Assembly (NCBI GenBank): GCA_965240465.1
Contig: OZ251219.1
Location: forward strand, 1,184,001 to 1,248,000
Source of the DNA: a bacterium
GTDB taxonomy: Bacteria; SAR324; JACQKK01
Reading direction: 5' to 3'
Length of the DNA: 64,000 bases
In this document: positions 59,486 to 64,000 of the stretch, piece after piece
Numbering within the stretch: position 1 is the first letter of the stretch
Layout of the letters: every line of letters starts with the position of its first letter
The notes under the pieces: generated by a model
The model's input: only the letters and a program-made list of their open reading frames with translations
What the model was told of the DNA's origin: nothing
Databases searched by the model: none
Program-made: the position numbers and the translations under genes

Positions 59486-61126
59486 TCATTTTCTTTGCTT
59501 CTGGCTGGCTTGGTTAAATTGATTCGGGTGTTGTTGCGACAAATGTTTCTGCGACAAATGTTTTTGCAGCAAGTTTTGTTTTATCAGCTGTCGTTGTAGC
59601 TTGCCATTGCTTGTTCGGGGGAGGGCATTTTCTTTTTTAATCCAGATAAATCTCTTGGGATGCTTCCAAGCCGCCAATCTTGCCTGACAATGAACTTTGA
59701 GAGCTTCATCATCGGGCTTGACTTGGGAGTCGTCTGCCACCAAAACAGCCGTGATGGACTCTCCCCAGCGAGGATCGGGCATGCCTATTATGGCAGCATC
59801 GCGGATGGCAGCATGCTCTGTTAGGGCTTGCTCCAACTCAGCTGGATGAATGTTCACTCCGCCACTGATGAGCATATCGCCCAAGCGTCCCAAATAAAAA
59901 TAAAACCCATCGGGGTCTTGACGGAGTATGTCGTCACTGCGTCCGTACCTGTTGCCATCGCTGTCTACCGAAAAGAATGAAGTGCTGGGGTCGTTGAGAT
60001 AGCCATCCATCATGCAGGGGGTACGCATGGTGAGCTGCCCAGGCTGACCTTGAGAAACTGGATGATTAAGGTCATCGGTTAGCTGTAGCTGGCAATAAGG
60101 GCTGGCTCTTCCTAGGCTGTTAGGGTGACTTTGATGCCCATCTTCGTCTAAGCCTAAGCAAAAGCCAGCTTCTGTTTGTCCGAAGCCTTGGAACCATTTA
60201 ACGCCAGGGAGCAGGCGGCGTAATTGCAGGACGATATCCGTCTGGGTGGGAGCAGCACCATAAACGATGTACTCTAAAGCTAGGGCGGGAACTTTCTCGG
60301 GCAAGCAGCTAAGCAACTTGAAAAGCATGGTAGGTACCGCAGGCAGATGAGTAATCCCTTGCTGGGCTAAGTCCTCCCAACACTGAAAAGCATTAAAACG
60401 AGTACGAAAAAATAAAGCCGCCCCCGATAACACAGCTGCCCAAATCAACCACTGACCAAATTGATGATGCAAAGGCAAGGCACACCAAATGATATGGCTA
60501 TCATTCAACTGGAGATTCTCTACGTGCATAAATGCATGCGATAACTTGGCGCGTTGACTAATCACCACCCCCTTGGGCTGACCGCTGGCACTGCTGGTAC
60601 CGCTGGTAAATAAAACCTGCATGGGAGACTCAGTAGTAACCACAGGGCTCTCTACCCGAATATCATCAGCGCGAAGCCGTTCACCCAGAAGCAGATCGTC
60701 CAGTAGCAGATCGTCCAGTAGCAGCATCTCAATCTTTAGCTTAAGGCTCGCCAGCACCCCCTCAAAGATTGGTTGCTCGGGTTGCTCCAGCCAGAGCAAT
60801 CGGGGCTGCAACTTTGTTAGCATGTATTGCAACTCAGGAGGCTTGCTATTGATGGGAATATGACCCAGAACAACCCCCGCCATGGCAGCTCCAAACTGAA
60901 CCGCCAATGAGCCAAAACCAGCCCTAGCACAAATGGCTACTCGCGTACCTGCCTCCAAACCCTGCACTCTCAGCTGCTCGGCTACCCCCAGAGATGCTCG
61001 TTCTAGCTCTTGCCAAGTCCAGCTCCTCCCGCCTAAGTAGCAGCAAATCTTCGCTGGTGAACGCTCAGTCCGCTCTTTCAATATGCTTTTCAGCGAAATT
61101 GTGCTAGAAAGTGGAAGAGATAACAT
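59486..61126 (-). CDS. Class I adenylate-forming enzyme (acyl-CoA synthetase)
   Basis: FTSGTS...PKG, GFGQTE, SGGVNIHPAELE and LPRTSNGK motifs. Confidence 0.88.
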   Translation of the reverse strand: MLSLPLSSTISLKSILKERTERSPAKICCYLGGRSWTWQELERASLGVAEQLRVQGLEAGTRVAICARAGFGSLAVQFGAAMAGVVLGHIPINSKPPELQYMLTKLQPRLLWLEQPEQPIFEGVLASLKLKIEMLLLDDLLLDDLLLGERLRADDIRVESPVVTTESPMQVLFTSGTSSASGQPKGVVISQRAKLSHAFMHVENLQLNDSHIIWCALPLHHQFGQWLIWAAVLSGAALFFRTRFNAFQCWEDLAQQGITHLPAVPTMLFKLLSCLPEKVPALALEYIVYGAAPTQTDIVLQLRRLLPGVKWFQGFGQTEAGFCLGLDEDGHQSHPNSLGRASPYCQLQLTDDLNHPVSQGQPGQLTMRTPCMMDGYLNDPSTSFFSVDSDGNRYGRSDDILRQDPDGFYFYLGRLGDMLISGGVNIHPAELEQALTEHAAIRDAAIIGMPDPRWGESITAVLVADDSQVKPDDEALKVHCQARLAAWKHPKRFIWIKKENALPRTSNGKLQRQLIKQNLLQKHLSQKHLSQQHPNQFNQASQKQRK

Positions 61127-61263
61127 TATGGCTCTGCAAAAGTCTCAAAATAACAAGTACCCTAGATACCAGCATGCTCTTTCATCAATATCAATGTGGA
61201 GTATTCTTGCTTAGTACATGAATTCCTAGTCGGTAATTCTGTTCGCAATTCTTATAAGGAAAT

Positions 61264-64000
61264 ATGGTATCTCAGCCTCTTAAGAAGCCTATCATCACGG
61301 AAATGTTAGCTGCCGAAGAGCAGATCACTCCCTTATTCAGTGAGGGAGGAAGAGGATGGGGATTAATAGCCCGCCAGCAAGTCACACTCGCTTCCTGTGG
61401 AGCCAATATCCTAGACGGCTTTGTTTTGTCTGCAGATCTGCTTAGCCAAATAACCGAAGAAAAATCAATCCCGCTGGATGCCAAAGAAAAGATTGCCGAA
61501 AGCATAAAGGCACTTGAAAAAAGCAGTGGCAAATCTTTTGGAGCTACCAATTCTCCTGAAAAAAGCAGTGGCAAATCTTTTGGAGCTACCAATTCTCCCC
61601 CACTATTATTAAGTCTGACATTGGAATATCCAAGAGAGCCTATGGATAGGGGACAAGAGGAAGGTTCTCCACTAATCTCTTATAATGAACGAAGACGACG
61701 TTTTGTTAACTTAGGTTTGGTTAACAGCACAATGGAGGCTTGGCTGAAAAGCGGTGCAGAACCGCGTCAGGTTTGGGATGCCTGCCGTCGGCAAGTGGAA
61801 CGCTGGGCAATCATTATGGCAGGGGAAAAAGAAGAGAAGTGGGAAGATGAGATGGCACGCCTCAGTCGGAAATATCTTGATTATGGCACGAGACACTATG
61901 CAGGGCTTTCAGCTACCGAGACGGAAAACTTCACTAAAGAAATTCAAGGGTTGTGTGAAGATTGTGAGATTGCTCAGTTGAAGGATGATCCGTGGGAGCA
62001 GCTATGGCAGGTGATTACCGAATTTTACCGTAAAGCACCAGAGAAGGAGCATTTGAAAAAAAAGGACTATCCAAGCATGTTGGTGCGGGAAGCACCCCAA
62101 GGTTTTAGCCCTACAGGAGGGGCAGGGGTTTTGCAATCGCGTATTCCCATGACAGGTGAGGTGGGTTGGCATGGTTCTTTTGCACCATTTGCACAATTGG
62201 ATGATTTATTCTATGGCAATCGGTTGCCTGAAAAAGCAGCCTATTTTTGTGAAAAATTTCCGAAAATATTGCAAGAACTATCGGCTTTGTCAAAAAAGCT
62301 GGAAGATAAGCAAAAAGAAGTAAAAAAAATATTTTTTGTGTTGGAATCAGAGCAAGGACGGTATCCTGAGTTGCTAGTCTTAAGTACACGGGAAGCAAGT
62401 TTTAGTCCTGAGGTTTCCTTTCATGTGGCTTTAGATATGCAAGCTAAGGGCATATTGGATGAAAAGGAAACCATGGCCCTAATCCAGCCTGAGTTTATTC
62501 GTAGCCACTTGCATTCCAAATTGGATGTCTCTAAGACCGCCTCCCTGTTTTGCCAAGGATTGCCCGCCTCGGCAGGATGCGCGGTGGGTCAGCTGGTACT
62601 ATTTGCAGAAAATGCCGAAAAATTGGTGGAGCAAGGCAAACAGGTGATCTTGGTGCGTCATGAAACCACCCCAGAAGATATTAATGGGCTGAAATCTGCT
62701 GATGGAGTACTGACTTCGGGTGGAGGTTATACTTCGCATGCGGCATTGGTGGCTCGGGGAATGGGTAAGCCCGCAATAGTAGGGGTGAATACCCTAGTGG
62801 TAGATTATCTGCTGAACGAGATCTGCTACCAAGGGATTACATTGCAACAAGGAGACTGGATTAGCATGGACGGAGCAACAGGTAAGGTATATGCGGGCAA
62901 ACTAGACACCATACCCCCTGTTATATCCCACGAGGTGCATAAAGTACTCAGGCTGGCTGATAAAACCAGAACCCTGAAAGTGCGTGCCAATGCAGATAAC
63001 GTAGCCGATGCCCGTTGTGCCTTAGAAAATGGGGCAGAAGGAATAGGACTATGTCGCACCGAACATATGTTTTTTGACATGGAAAGGATCACTACCTTTC
63101 GCAAAATGATCCTCTCGGACACCGAAGAAGAATGTGATAAAGCCCTAGCTGAACTGCTGCCTCTACAAAGAGAAGATTTCTTGGAAATATTTCGGGTGAT
63201 GAAGGAACTCCCAGTAACTATTAGGCTGCTAGACCCGCCTCTGCACGAATTCCTGCCCAGAGGAGATAGATCCCGATCCCGAATGTCCAAAGCTATGGGC
63301 TTATCGGTACAGGATATCCAAAGGAGAATAGATGTCATGGCAGAGCAAAACCCGATGATGGGTAGACGCGGTTGCCGATTGGCGTTCACTAATCCAGGTA
63401 TTTATAAAATGCAAACCCGTGCCATCGTGGAAGCCGTTTCCTTGGCATCTCAGGAGGGCATTAAGGTCAAGGCAGAGATCATGATCCCCCTCGTCAGTGA
63501 TTGTCGTGAACTATGGATGCTGCGTTCGCAGATAGATGAAATTATCTCAGAAGAAAAAAACAAGGAACTAAGCAAGGAACTAAACATAGAAATTGGTGCC
63601 ATGATAGAAACTCCGCGGGCTGCCTTGTGTGCTGGTGAACTGGCAGAACATGCCGATTTTCTCTCCTTTGGAACCAATGACCTCACCCAAATGACCTATG
63701 GGATTTCTCGTGATGATACGGAAAGTTTCCTCCCAACATACTTTCAAAAAGGAATATTAGATAAAAACCCCTTCGTGAATATTGATGTCCGTGGGGTAGG
63801 CGAATTGCTGGACATAGCAGTTCAAAGGGCTCGGTCGGTAAAAGAAAACATAAAACTAGGCATTTGTGGAGAACACGGTGGAGATGCCTATTCGGTGCGG
63901 GAATTTCACAAACTAGGCTTGGATTATGTCAGTTGTTCTCCCTTTCGCTTATTGGAGGCTCGCTTGGCAGCGGGTAATTCGGTAGCCAGAGGAACTAAAA
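61264..64000 (+). CDS. ppdK: Pyruvate phosphate dikinase homologue with degenerate N-terminal nucleotide-binding domain; runs off the window, not in the ORF track
   Basis: AAGGA RBS then ATG 61264. Manually translated open frame contains GLPAS, GGYTSHAALVARG, GIGLCRTEHMFF, RLLDPPLHEFLP, MIETPRA, SFGTNDLTQ and GICGEHGG. Confidence 0.9.
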   Translation, partial: MVSQPLKKPIITEMLAAEEQITPLFSEGGRGWGLIARQQVTLASCGANILDGFVLSADLLSQITEEKSIPLDAKEKIAESIKALEKSSGKSFGATNSPEKSSGKSFGATNSPPLLLSLTLEYPREPMDRGQEEGSPLISYNERRRRFVNLGLVNSTMEAWLKSGAEPRQVWDACRRQVERWAIIMAGEKEEKWEDEMARLSRKYLDYGTRHYAGLSATETENFTKEIQGLCEDCEIAQLKDDPWEQLWQVITEFYRKAPEKEHLKKKDYPSMLVREAPQGFSPTGGAGVLQSRIPMTGEVGWHGSFAPFAQLDDLFYGNRLPEKAAYFCEKFPKILQELSALSKKLEDKQKEVKKIFFVLESEQGRYPELLVLSTREASFSPEVSFHVALDMQAKGILDEKETMALIQPEFIRSHLHSKLDVSKTASLFCQGLPASAGCAVGQLVLFAENAEKLVEQGKQVILVRHETTPEDINGLKSADGVLTSGGGYTSHAALVARGMGKPAIVGVNTLVVDYLLNEICYQGITLQQGDWISMDGATGKVYAGKLDTIPPVISHEVHKVLRLADKTRTLKVRANADNVADARCALENGAEGIGLCRTEHMFFDMERITTFRKMILSDTEEECDKALAELLPLQREDFLEIFRVMKELPVTIRLLDPPLHEFLPRGDRSRSRMSKAMGLSVQDIQRRIDVMAEQNPMMGRRGCRLAFTNPGIYKMQTRAIVEAVSLASQEGIKVKAEIMIPLVSDCRELWMLRSQIDEIISEEKNKELSKELNIEIGAMIETPRAALCAGELAEHADFLSFGTNDLTQMTYGISRDDTESFLPTYFQKGILDKNPFVNIDVRGVGELLDIAVQRARSVKENIKLGICGEHGGDAYSVREFHKLGLDYVSCSPFRLLEARLAAGNSVARGTK

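Noticed and set aside
61272-63686. Short ORFs listed in the last 2.7 kb
   Set aside because: All are shadows of the long PPDK-like frame starting at 61264.

Overview
Chromosomal, mostly housekeeping DNA from a diderm bacterium (lineage not determinable here). It carries rnr, topA, recJ, msrA, murG-ftsW-murF, dsbD, eno, gloA, ald, ftsB, tRNA-Ala(CGC), a HelD-like helicase, ispG, pyrD, a ccm operon lacking ccmB/ccmD, mpl, zapB, guaA, two GT4 glycosyltransferases, VKOR and an acyl-CoA ligase. AT-rich accessory genes are interspersed: an ImmA/IrrE peptidase with a membrane partner, an OLD-type ATPase-TOPRIM nuclease, and a methyltransferase with a broken nuclease. Four observations stand out. (1) A PEP-synthase homologue has an intact ATP-grasp and His domain but a degenerate pyruvate/PEP domain, while about 9 kb away a PPDK homologue (absent from the ORF track) shows the reciprocal degeneration, suggesting a split or complementary dikinase system. 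(2) A roughly 600-670 nt, promoter-driven, highly base-paired non-coding RNA candidate lies between the helD-like and OLD genes. (3) A membrane protein ending in an SSB-tail-like DDDIPF peptide is paired with the ImmA/IrrE peptidase. (4) The window shows kb-scale sawtooth G/C strand skew independent of gene orientation, and dozens of unrelated short tandem repeats. All calls were made by eye from motifs; no database searches were run.
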